64,000 nt of DNA, from positions 3,456,001-3,520,000 of the forward strand of contig CBDDPY010000002.1 of NCBI GenBank assembly GCA_965232515.1. The letters run 5' to 3'. This DNA comes from Alphaproteobacteria bacterium. Lineage in GTDB: Bacteria; Pseudomonadota; Alphaproteobacteria; GCA-2731375. The notes below the pieces were generated by a model, which saw only the letters and a list, made by a program, of their open reading frames with translations, was not told where the DNA came from and did no database searches. Made by a program: the position numbers and the translations under genes. Positions 42,867-51,691 of this stretch are shown one piece after another (the first letter of the stretch is position 1; each line of letters opens with the position of its first letter).

Positions 42867-43037
42867 CTATTTTTTGACGTCGCCGTCGGCCGGCGTGTCG
42901 GCGGCGGCCGCATCCGCCCGCCCGCGCCCCTGCGCCTTGCGCCGCTGCAGGTTGTCGCGCAACGCCCGCGCCAGCCGTTCCTCACGTTCGCGGCGGGCGG
43001 CCTGCTTTGCGCTTTCCTTGTCGTTTTTGCTCGTCAT
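42867..43037 (-). CDS. small conserved protein upstream of murA
   Basis: ERLARALRDNLQRRKAQ motif, typical at this position in Alphaproteobacteria. Confidence 0.7.
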   Translation of the reverse strand: MTSKNDKESAKQAARREREERLARALRDNLQRRKAQGRGRADAAAADTPADGDVKK

Positions 43038-43176
43038 GCTCGGTTCCAGGCGTATCGTGCCGGCTCGAACCTGCCCCGCCGAACTCCCGGCGGTCAAGTG
43101 GACGCCTGTCAGGCGATCCTTGTATTCCCGCCTTGCACGCCACCCGGCCCTATGGCAGTTTCCGCGCCACACCTGC

Positions 43177-43251
<75 letters not shown>

Positions 43252-43454
43252 TCTAATCCCTTAACTCTCTTCACATATCGCCGACAACCCCGCGACGCGC
43301 GTTCGCGCCAAATGACGCGAACACCCCATGAACTGACGCAAAACCAAAGGGAAGTTAAGCGGAAGATGTTTGCGCAATGTTGGCAGGCCCCGGCGCTAGC
43401 ATCATGGCCTTGGCGATGCGTTGCAGATGACGGCCGATCCCCTGCCCGCGCCGC

Positions 43455-43800
43455 TATTGCATTGAGTAGAGCCCGCCACGCTGGACGATAACGCCCAACA
43501 GGTCCGGCGGGCGTTCGCATATCGGTGCATCCCTCTGAGCGTCCTGTGGCGTCCGCCAGAGCCGGCCCGAGCGCAGCAGGTGTCCCCGACGCTGCCCTCA
43601 TACTGCCGCAGCACGATCGCGGCGATCACATGGCCATGTCTGACCTCGATCCACAGCGCGTTTCGGTCTCCAATTTCCTTGTTCTTCGCCGGATCGAAGC
43701 TCGGATTGATGTCGGCCCTTGCCCGCCGTATGCAATCGACCCAGTTTCACAGGTCATGCTCGGCCGTCACGGTCAGGCCCTTCGCCTCAACGCGTCTAGG
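43455..43800 (-). pseudogene. decayed hypothetical gene
   Basis: Reads ..KGLTVTAEHDL*NWVD..NPSFDP..ALWIEV..VIAAIVLRQY with an in-frame TGA (43747-43749), then a frameshift into LLRSGRLW. Confidence 0.4.
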
Positions 43801-43875
43801 TGAAAGCGGTTTACACGGTAGAAGATATCGAATTCACTCATACACTCTTCTTAGGCGCAAATCATTGGGGATCAG

Positions 43876-44454
43876 ATGGGTTTTGATTTTCGCGCAATTG
43901 AAGAAAATGCAGACCTAAGAAAGCTCAATCTGGCGTGCGGACAAGACGTCCGGCCCAGGGAAGCGAATTGGATAAATACAGACGCAATTTCTAGAAACGA
44001 CGTCGACAAGCTTGATATCTTCGACTTGCCATGGCCGTTCGAATCCGCCTCATTCGATTATGTTCTGGCAAAACACATACTTGAGCACGTGCCGCACAAC
44101 GTCGAGAAGTTCGGTTACGAGCGGAATTTCTTTTTGGAATTCATTGAAGAGATCTGGCGCGTCCTACGGCCCAATGGAATCCTGCACGTGGAGGTGCCAC
44201 GCGGCCTGTCATCTATGGCCAACGCGTTCGACCACAAGCGCATTATCACCCCGGAGACCTTCCATGCCTTCTTCGGCAGCGAATGGTCCTACCAGACGCA
44301 TTGTCAGTTTGCGCTGGTCGAGACAACAAATTCAGATACTTGGCGTTTCAAGGCGTTGCGTTTTCTGATGCGCAAAGGCTTCAGTGTCGATATCACGCAT
44401 TTGCGAACCGGTAATCAGCGCTTTTTTCTGCGGAAGGTGGTCGCGGAAAATTAG
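43876..44454 (+). CDS. class I SAM-dependent methyltransferase
   Basis: LNLACG, WPFESASFD, HILEH and WRVLRPNG motifs. Lower GC than neighbours. Confidence 0.85.
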   Translation: MGFDFRAIEENADLRKLNLACGQDVRPREANWINTDAISRNDVDKLDIFDLPWPFESASFDYVLAKHILEHVPHNVEKFGYERNFFLEFIEEIWRVLRPNGILHVEVPRGLSSMANAFDHKRIITPETFHAFFGSEWSYQTHCQFALVETTNSDTWRFKALRFLMRKGFSVDITHLRTGNQRFFLRKVVAEN

Positions 44455-44912
44455 CCTGCACTCACCGGCTGAACCTATTCACAAACGGCGCAATTCGGTC
44501 TGATTGCGGGACGCGCAACCTGTACAACGCGACCACCAGCGTCGAAGCGATCCGGCGGCTGTTCGACGTCACCAATTCGCCGAACCTACAAAAACTCGGC
44601 GACATCTATCCCGGTCGCCAGACGGTCGCGGTCTATGAGCCGGACGGCACTGCATCTTCCCTCCCTCTGATTTGTCGAGTGGAAAGGTCCCGAGGGTTCG
44701 AACACCAAACACGCCTTCAGCATGCCGTCCGTTGAGCGGTACCGCATCGCCGGGGGCTTGGGCGCTCCGGGGGACAATGGCCACAATCCGGGCTTGCCGC
44801 GCTCAACAATCGTAAGGCCGACTAACGAACTCGTGACCGAATAACGCCACCGCCTGCCAGCCTGCGCCAAAACGGCCCATAATCCGCAGCGTCGTCATTT
44901 GCCATCACTTCG

Positions 44913-46451
44913 CTAACTCCCCGCGATGCGGCGGTCGTGGCCCGACCAGTGGGGTTCGCGGAGGTCCTTGCGTTTGATTTTGCCGACCGGGCTTTTGGGG
45001 AGCGGGTCGGTGCGGAATTCGACGCGGCCGGGCTTTTTGTAGGAGCCGAGGCGGTCGGTGCAGAGGTCGATGATTTCCTGCTCGGATACCGGCGTCTCGC
45101 CGTCGGTGACGCAGACGGCCATGGGCGTTTCGCCCCAGCGCTCGTGCGGCACGCCGAAGACGGCGACCTCGACCACGGCGGGATGGTCGGTGATGACGTT
45201 CTCGAGCTCGGCGGGCCAGATGTTGTAGCCGCCGGAGATGATCATGTCGTCGGACCGGTCCAGCATGTAGAGATAGCCGTTCTCGTCCAGCATGCCGATG
45301 TCGCCGGTCAGCACCCAGCCGTCGACCAGGCGCTCGGCCGTGGCTTCGGGATTGTTCCAGAAACCGACCATCTGGCCGTCGGTTTTGGCGGCGATCTCGC
45401 CGGCCTGGCCGGGCGGCAGCGGCTTGTTGTCGTCGTCGCGGATCTCGAGCTGGGCGAACGGCAGCGCGAGACCACAGGAACGCAGCGGCGTCGAGCCGTC
45501 GACGTCGGCGAACCATTGCCGCGGGCCCATCATGGCGACCGGCAGCACCTCGGTCTGGCCATAGCCCTGATAGAGCACGTCGCCGAAGATCTCGCGGCCG
45601 GTGAGCGCGGTGTCGTCGGCGATCGGCGCCGCCGCGATCAGCAGGCATTTCAACTTCGACCAGTTGCGTTCGCGCACGCCCGGCAGATGGTTGAGGGCGT
45701 TCAGCATGGTCGGGACCAGGAACATATAGGCGATGCCCTCGCCCTCCATGACGTCCAGCGTCTCGACCGGATCGAAATGGTCGAGCATGACGTTGCAGCC
45801 GCCGCCGAGCCAGACCGGCACGAACAGATAGCCGGAGCCGTGGCTGATCGGCCCGAGATGCAGGCAGGGATCGCCCGGCTCGACCGGCGGATAGAGATAG
45901 AACCAGTCGCGCCCGGCGGCGAGCCAGGCGCGATGCGTATAGGCGACGCCCTTGGACTGGCCGGTGGTGCCGCCGGTATGGCGGATGATGTAATTGTCGT
46001 CGGGATCGATCTCGAGGTTGGGATCGATATCGGAATGGCCGGCGAGCCAGGCCTCGTAGCCGTCGTCGCGCACGACGATGTGCCGGAGATCGTCGAGCTC
46101 GGCATCGATGCCGTCGACCTCGTGCGCGTACTTGTCGGCGACGATCACCGCCCGGCAGCCGGTATGGCCGAGCATGTGCAGATGCGCCTCGCGGCCGTTG
46201 CGCGGATAGAGCGGCACGCGCACGACATTGGCGACGGCGGCGCCCAGAAAGATGTCAGCCGACTCGACGCAATTGTCTTCCAGCACGCCGACGCGATCGC
46301 CGGGCTTCAGGCCCATGGCGATCAGCGCGTTGCCCATGCGCACGCCGCGCGCCCAGGCCTCGGCGAAGGTCAGCCGCCGGCCGCCGGCGACGATCGCCTC
46401 CCGCGTGGGATAAAACTGCGCGGCGCGGCGCATCTGCGTGCGCACATCCAT
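44913..46451 (-). CDS. AMP-binding acyl-CoA synthetase
   Basis: HTGGTTGQSKG, GYGQTE, TGDIG, DMIISGG and PKSPVGKI motifs. Confidence 0.93.
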   Translation of the reverse strand: MDVRTQMRRAAQFYPTREAIVAGGRRLTFAEAWARGVRMGNALIAMGLKPGDRVGVLEDNCVESADIFLGAAVANVVRVPLYPRNGREAHLHMLGHTGCRAVIVADKYAHEVDGIDAELDDLRHIVVRDDGYEAWLAGHSDIDPNLEIDPDDNYIIRHTGGTTGQSKGVAYTHRAWLAAGRDWFYLYPPVEPGDPCLHLGPISHGSGYLFVPVWLGGGCNVMLDHFDPVETLDVMEGEGIAYMFLVPTMLNALNHLPGVRERNWSKLKCLLIAAAPIADDTALTGREIFGDVLYQGYGQTEVLPVAMMGPRQWFADVDGSTPLRSCGLALPFAQLEIRDDDNKPLPPGQAGEIAAKTDGQMVGFWNNPEATAERLVDGWVLTGDIGMLDENGYLYMLDRSDDMIISGGYNIWPAELENVITDHPAVVEVAVFGVPHERWGETPMAVCVTDGETPVSEQEIIDLCTDRLGSYKKPGRVEFRTDPLPKSPVGKIKRKDLREPHWSGHDRRIAGS

Positions 46452-46621
46452 GACATTCCTCCCAAAACAGACTGGTTCCCGGCGGCCGAGTTTAAGCGGA
46501 ATTCAATCGGCGCGCAGCACGGGACGGCGACGCGGCGATGGATTTGCAAACATTTCATCCGATGCACCCGACCGCGACCGGAAATTTCAACGCCACACCA
46601 AAAATAGAAAATATATTTGCA

Positions 46622-46650
46622 TTTACTACTTAATCGTGTGTCTCTAAAAG
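46622..46650 (+). promoter_or_regulatory. putative sigma70 promoter for the Y RNA/Ro60 locus
   Basis: TTTACT-17nt-TAAAAG, preceded by an AT-rich UP-like tract and ending about 10 nt before the first RNA module. Confidence 0.45.
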
Positions 46651-46660
46651 TTGCCGCCTT

Positions 46661-46747
46661 GGTCGGGCCGGGGTTGTTGGCTTATCGCTCCCCAAGCATC
46701 GTGCTTTCAAAGCACAACGTGGCGCCAGCGACGAAACACGCCCGACC
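46661..46747 (+). ncRNA. Y RNA-like module 1 (short)
   Basis: Closing stem GGTCGGGC/GCCCGACC, inner stem GTTGTTGG/CCAGCGAC, CTTATCG and ACACGCCC motifs. Lies upstream of Ro60. Confidence 0.7.
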
Positions 46748-46798
46748 GGGACAGGTTTTTGGAGTTCGGGGACGCGTCACGAGAGATGTCGTCCTGAA

Positions 46799-46926
46799 GT
46801 CCGGGCCGGAGAAGCAGGTTTATCGTTAACCTAATGGTCGGCGGTTCGATTCCGCCTCCGAACACTGGTTCGGATAGCTCAGTTGGCAGAGCACTAGGCT
46901 TACCTGGTTCACAAACACGCCCGGGC
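46799..46926 (+). ncRNA. yrlA: Y RNA, YrlA-type tRNA mimic
   Basis: Same closing scaffold enclosing, in permuted order, a T arm (GGCGG TTCGATT CCGCC), a looped acceptor stem (TCCGAAC/GTTCGGA) and a D arm (GCTC AGTTGGCA GAGC). Confidence 0.88.
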
Positions 46927-46969
46927 ACCGAAACCGCCTGAAGGCAGTTGGGTTGAGACGGAGGATGGC

Positions 46970-47086
46970 ATGACGAATACGCGATTTATCGACGGCTGGT
47001 CGAAAACGCCGTCGACGTACGTCGCCACGTCCGTTCGCGAGACCTGGCTGAATACGTCGGCCGGCAAACCGAATTATCGGTACTGA
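46970..47086 (+). CDS. candidate 38-aa micro-ORF within the Y RNA array
   Basis: GGAGGA RBS, then ATG; translates as MTNTRFIDGWSKTPSTYVATSVRETWLNTSAGKPNYRY with mostly G/C-ending codons. Confidence 0.35.
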   Translation: MTNTRFIDGWSKTPSTYVATSVRETWLNTSAGKPNYRY

Positions 47087-47190
47087 CGACCGGCCGCTGA
47101 TCCGCGCGACAGCACAACATCACCGCAGCAAACCGGCAGGCCCAGGTTGGGCCTGACTGATCGGTCGGCGTCCCGCGTCGACAGATCCAC

Positions 47191-47322
47191 GAGGTTTGGG
47201 CCGAAGGGTCAGGCTTATCGTAGCGACGAAAGGGCGGAAAGCCCGTCGCAGCGTTCCACCGAGGACGTGAGTCCCGTGAACGCGGGCGAAGACCGCCTGG
47301 TCCGCCGACACGCCCAAGCCTT
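47191..47322 (+). ncRNA. Y RNA-like module 3
   Basis: Closing stem GAGGTTTGGGC/GCCCAAGCCTT, GCCGAAGG (GNCGAAN0-1G Ro motif), GGCTTATCG and ACACGCCC. Confidence 0.75.
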
Positions 47323-47365
47323 GCCGCGGCGACAGTGCGACGCGCACGCAATCCAAACATGAACC

Positions 47366-47505
47366 GGCGGTCCGGGCCGGCAGATCAGGCTTATCGTAGC
47401 CATAAGGCAACTGGTGTTTGGCCAGTGTAGGCGCCCCACCGAGGGCGCGAACCCCCCGTGGATGCGGGCGATGCCCGCCTGATCGAACGACACGCCCGGA
47501 CCGCC
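47366..47505 (+). ncRNA. Y RNA-like module 4 (paralog of module 3)
   Basis: 12-bp closing stem GGCGGTCCGGGC/GCCCGGACCGCC, inner stem GATCAGGC/GCCTGATC, TTATCG and ACACGCCC. Confidence 0.75.
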
Positions 47506-47522
47506 CCGTTGGGGTAGAGACG

Positions 47523-49136
47523 ATGACTTTGCGAGATCTGTTTTCGCGGCGCCGGACGCCGCAGCACGAAGCTTTGCCCGGCCAGGTGGCGAACGCGGCC
47601 GGCGGGCATGCCTTCGCCGTCGATGACTGGGACCGGCTCGACCGGTTTCTGGTGCTCGGCAGCGAGGACGGCACGTTCTACATCGCGCCGCGCGCATTGA
47701 CGCGCGAGAACGCCGAAGCCGTCGAACGTTGCCTGGCCGCCGACGGCGCGCGGGTCGTTGCCCGCGTGGTCGAAATCTCCGATGCCGGCCGCACGCCAAA
47801 GAACGACCCGGCGCTGTTCGTGCTCGCCATGGCGACGGCCAGCGACGATCAGGCGACCCGACAGGCGGCGTTGGCCGCGCTGCCCCAGGTGGCGCGGACC
47901 GGCACGCACCTGTTCCACTTCGCCGAGTTCGTCGAGGGCTTTCGCGGCTGGGGCCGCGGCCTGCGGCGGGCGGTTGCAAGCTGGTACGGCGATCAGCCGA
48001 TCGACCGGCTGGCGCTGCAGATGGTCAAGTACCGGCAGCGGGACGGCTGGTCGCACCGCGACCTGTTGCGGCTCGCGCACCCGGTCACGGCCGATCCGCA
48101 GCGTCGCGCGCTGTTCGAATGGGCCCTGCGTGGCGGCGGCGCCCCCGCGTTGCCAATGTTGGCGCAGGGGTTCGATGCGGCGCAGGCACCGGGGGCCGAC
48201 GTGCCGGCGCTGATCCGGCGGCACGGCCTGCCGCGTGAGGCGTTGCCGACCGACGCGTTGAACGACGTCGCGGTCTGGGCGGCGCTGCTGGAACGGATGC
48301 CGATGACGGCGACGATCCGCAGCCTCGCCAAGATGTCGGCGGTCGGTCTGCTGCGGCCGATGAGCGAGGCGGCCGCCCAGGTCGCGACGCGGCTGGGCGA
48401 CGGCGAAGCGCTGCGCAAGGCGCGGGTGCATCCGCTGGCGCTGCTGGTGGCGCAGTCCGTCTACGCGCAGGGCCGTGGCTTGCGGGGCAAGCTGGAATGG
48501 GAGCCGGTCGCGGAGGTGATCGACGCGCTGGACGCCGCATTCTACCGGGCCTTCGCCAACGTCGAGCCGACCGGCAAGCGGCTGCTGCTGGCGCTCGACG
48601 TGTCCGGCAGCATGACCTGGGGCCAGGTCGCGGGCTCGCCGCTGACGCCGCGTGAGGCCGCCGCCGCCATGGTGCTGGTCACCGCGGCGACGGAGCGCCA
48701 CGTGCGCACCGTCGGCTTCTCGTCGGCCGGCCGGCTGCAGTCGCGGGGCATGTTCGGTGGCAGCCGCGCCGACCACGGCCTGGTGTCGTTGCCGATCTCG
48801 CCGGGACAGCGGTTGGCGGACGTTCTGCGGATCACCGCCGATCTGCCGTTCGGTGGCACCGACTGTGCCCTGCCGATGCTGTACGCATTGGATCGGGGAC
48901 TCGAGGTCGACGCGTTCGTGGTCTACACGGACTCGGAGACCTGGGCCGGGAAGATCCACCCGGTGCAGGCCTTGCGCGACTACCGGCGCAAGACCGGTAT
49001 CGCGGCAAAGCTGGTGGTGGTCGGCATGGTGTCGAACGGCTTTTCGATCGCCGATCCGGACGATGCCGGCATGCTGGACGTGGTCGGCTTCGACGCCGCC
49101 GCGCCAGCCGTCGTCGCCGACTTCATCCGGCGTTAG
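47523..49136 (+). CDS. rsr: Ro60 / Rsr TROVE-vWA RNA-binding protein
   Basis: QVANAAGG, RLDRFLVLGSEDGTFY, RTGTHLFHF, GWGRGLRRA, KYRQRDGWSHRDLLRL, MIDAS DVSGSM, GGTDCALPM and YTDSET; 537 aa. Confidence 0.96.
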   Translation: MTLRDLFSRRRTPQHEALPGQVANAAGGHAFAVDDWDRLDRFLVLGSEDGTFYIAPRALTRENAEAVERCLAADGARVVARVVEISDAGRTPKNDPALFVLAMATASDDQATRQAALAALPQVARTGTHLFHFAEFVEGFRGWGRGLRRAVASWYGDQPIDRLALQMVKYRQRDGWSHRDLLRLAHPVTADPQRRALFEWALRGGGAPALPMLAQGFDAAQAPGADVPALIRRHGLPREALPTDALNDVAVWAALLERMPMTATIRSLAKMSAVGLLRPMSEAAAQVATRLGDGEALRKARVHPLALLVAQSVYAQGRGLRGKLEWEPVAEVIDALDAAFYRAFANVEPTGKRLLLALDVSGSMTWGQVAGSPLTPREAAAAMVLVTAATERHVRTVGFSSAGRLQSRGMFGGSRADHGLVSLPISPGQRLADVLRITADLPFGGTDCALPMLYALDRGLEVDAFVVYTDSETWAGKIHPVQALRDYRRKTGIAAKLVVVGMVSNGFSIADPDDAGMLDVVGFDAAAPAVVADFIRR

Positions 49137-49200
49137 GACGGTGTGACTGTCCGCCGCCCGTGGTGTTCGACAACCCCGTCGCGCACCACGGGCGGCGGCG

Positions 49201-50733
49201 TCAGCCTTCGCTGCGGTTCCACGCGCCGGTGAAGCCGAGCGGGCCGCCCTCGGCGGTGACGCCGATGGCTTCGTGCGGCGGGCGGCAGACGACGTTCTTG
49301 CCCTTCCACGGATTGGCCCAGATCGCCACGCCCTTCGGCTTGCCGGCTTGATCGACGCGCTTGTTGACGACGTGCAGGCCGCGGATGGTGATCCGGCCCA
49401 TGGCGATGTCGGAGACATCCGGATTGGTCTGGGCCCGACGCGTCATCCAGGCGCAGAGATTGGCCTCGCCGTAGTTTTTGTCGGTGCGCGGCGAGCCGTC
49501 CTTCAGGTTCGCCTTGTCCGTACCGAAGCCGATGGCCAGCCATTGCGGGCCGTTCGGCTTCACGCACCTGACCTCGCGGATCACGGTGGCGCCGCCCTGG
49601 GGCACCTCGATGCAGGCGCCGGCGGACGCCTCGTAGACGCCGCCCTGGAAGTAGTTCACGGCGCAACGGCTCTTGGCGCCATGCGCCATGACGTTGTTGA
49701 CCGAGGTGACGTCGACCATCACCAGCATCGGGCAGAACCGCTTGCGGCGCCAATCGCCCGAGGCATAGATGCCGTGCGCGCCGTTGGAGTTGGCGCAACC
49801 GTCGAGCCGCGTGTTGAACAGCATCACCCAGCGCCCGGTCGTGCGCACGCAATTGTCCATGCCCTTGATGGTCATGTCGATCAGCACCAGCCGCGAGTCC
49901 CGCCGGCTGGTGGCGCCGATGCCAGCGGTGTATTTGCCGTAAGCCTTGCCGGCCACCGTGAAGCCTTCCATGGTCATGATGCGGTCGGCGTTGTGGCTCA
50001 GACAAAAGCTGCCGCCGCCGGGCCAGCCGTCGCGACAATCGATGACGGTCGGCCGCGTCTTGTCCTGCGCCCGCAGGCGCGACGCATTACGGGCGAACGT
50101 CTCGGTCGCGATCTTGCCGTTGGCGTTCTGATGCTGGCCGATGACGCGGATCGAATGGGTGCCGGGCAGGATCGCGATGCCGCCGTCCTTGGTCCGCCAG
50201 CTTCGCCACTGCCGGTCCGCCTGCAGGATCGAACCGTTGACACCGCGCATGCCGGCATACTGCGGATTCGACCTCAGATCGGCCACACAGGCCCAGGGCT
50301 TGCCGCAATCGACCGTATCGGGGCCGGGACGGCCGAGCCGCAAATACGGTTTCACGAGCGCGAGCACCGTCCGCTCGTTCTCGGTGCCGGCGATGGGCGG
50401 CCCGGCATCGACCACCACCGGCGCGGCGCGGCCGGTCACCACGGCCGGCCCCGGCGGGGCCGGTTTTTCAGCCTTCGGCGGCTCAGCCGCGGGTGGCGCC
50501 GCGGGTGCGTCGCGCTCAGCGGACGCGGCCGGTTGCTCGACCGGCACCGGCGTCAGCAGGAATTCTCCCTCGAGGCGATAGCGTTTGCCATCGATGGTGA
50601 CCTCGAGCTGAGACTGCGCCACCGCGCCCTGCCAACCAAGCGCCAGCAGCAGCAAGCCGCCAATGCCGGCCCAACGCGCGCGCCGCCAGACAAGCGAAAG
50701 ACTGGCAAGAAATATCATTGAACACCGTGTCAT
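49201..50733 (-). CDS. exported protein with probable right-handed beta-helix
   Basis: N-terminal hydrophobic segment, Pro/Ala linker, and HGIY, HGAKSR and IEVPQGG motifs. Start uncertain. Confidence 0.6.
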   Translation of the reverse strand: MTRCSMIFLASLSLVWRRARWAGIGGLLLLALGWQGAVAQSQLEVTIDGKRYRLEGEFLLTPVPVEQPAASAERDAPAAPPAAEPPKAEKPAPPGPAVVTGRAAPVVVDAGPPIAGTENERTVLALVKPYLRLGRPGPDTVDCGKPWACVADLRSNPQYAGMRGVNGSILQADRQWRSWRTKDGGIAILPGTHSIRVIGQHQNANGKIATETFARNASRLRAQDKTRPTVIDCRDGWPGGGSFCLSHNADRIMTMEGFTVAGKAYGKYTAGIGATSRRDSRLVLIDMTIKGMDNCVRTTGRWVMLFNTRLDGCANSNGAHGIYASGDWRRKRFCPMLVMVDVTSVNNVMAHGAKSRCAVNYFQGGVYEASAGACIEVPQGGATVIREVRCVKPNGPQWLAIGFGTDKANLKDGSPRTDKNYGEANLCAWMTRRAQTNPDVSDIAMGRITIRGLHVVNKRVDQAGKPKGVAIWANPWKGKNVVCRPPHEAIGVTAEGGPLGFTGAWNRSEG

Positions 50734-51137
50734 GGTCGCGCCGACGGTCTCTTTCGACCTTTCAGGCCGGACCGTCGTGTTGCCAGACAGTATAACCGGA
50801 ACCGCGCCGATCGCGACCTCAGCGGATATGACTGGATGTGGGAAGCGGCGCGGCTGCAACAAGTTTTGTTTGGTATTTTATATAAATACAAATCGTCTCT
50901 TTAATAAAAATTCAATTTTTCTTAAATGATCTCTAATTTCACAAGTATTCTTGCATCAAAATCAAACAATCACGGCTCAAAGCGGGACGTTTTTCTGACA
51001 CAAATTGTACCATCTCGTATCGGCAATGTCCGGAAATCCCAGGATTCCGGGGTTCGGCCGTTTGGCCCGCCACCTGCAATGATAGCGGTTGGGAGCCGCA
51101 CGGGTGCGGCGTTCGGTTAACGGAGGGCAGCAGAGCC

Positions 51138-51515
51138 ATGCAGGCACAGAACCGCCAAATTCTCGACTATTTCGGTTTCCTCCGGACGCTGAACCACGTC
51201 GACCCCGTTGCCGGCGACCGCCTGGCCGCGCAGCTCGACGACGATCTGTGCTACGAGTTCAGCAGCGCCCAGCACGAAGTCGATGGCGCCCTGGAAATCC
51301 ATACGACGGAATCGGTCAGGACCGCGGCAGATACGGCGCCGCAGATCAGCGTGCACCGGATTTTGCAGGTCGAACGGGGCCGGAACTGCCGGATCGATCG
51401 GGAAAAGATCGTCATCGACGGCTATTTCGACGACATCGACCGCCTGGGCTCGTCGCTGTTCACCTTCCTGACGGAACACGGGTTCGACCGGGTCGCGGGC
51501 GACGCGACCGCTTAG
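51138..51515 (+). CDS. hypothetical protein
   Basis: GGAGG RBS and genome-typical codon usage. No recognised motif. Confidence 0.65.
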   Translation: MQAQNRQILDYFGFLRTLNHVDPVAGDRLAAQLDDDLCYEFSSAQHEVDGALEIHTTESVRTAADTAPQISVHRILQVERGRNCRIDREKIVIDGYFDDIDRLGSSLFTFLTEHGFDRVAGDATA

Positions 51516-51691
51516 GCCGAACCGCTCAATCGCGGCCGGCGAGGCGGTCGGCCGCGTTCGTTTGCTAAACCAACCGTAAATCCCGTTTTACGGTTTTTTA
51601 TTCGTTCTCGCGCATACTTCCGACGAATTCGGAACCGGCGCATTCGTTCGCCCAGTATTCAAATTTGAGCCGATAGTAAAAGAGGCGACAG

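Noticed and set aside
43252-44900. Intact prophage or integrative element at tRNA-Thr
   Set aside because: No integrase ORF and no duplicated tRNA 3' end were seen.
46840-46900. Functional tRNA gene or att-site tRNA fragment
   Set aside because: The T arm precedes the D arm, there is no CCA end, and it is embedded in a Y RNA stem.
46661-47505. CRISPR array interpretation of the repeated GGGCCG/TTATCG/ACACGCCC motifs
   Set aside because: The repeats are split, degenerate and irregularly spaced, they pair with each other around inserts, and no cas genes are present. Ro60 adjacency explains them.
47418-47522. N-terminal extension of Ro60 in the ORF track
   Set aside because: It overlaps RNA module 4. 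ATG 47523 gives a typical Ro60 length and N-terminus.
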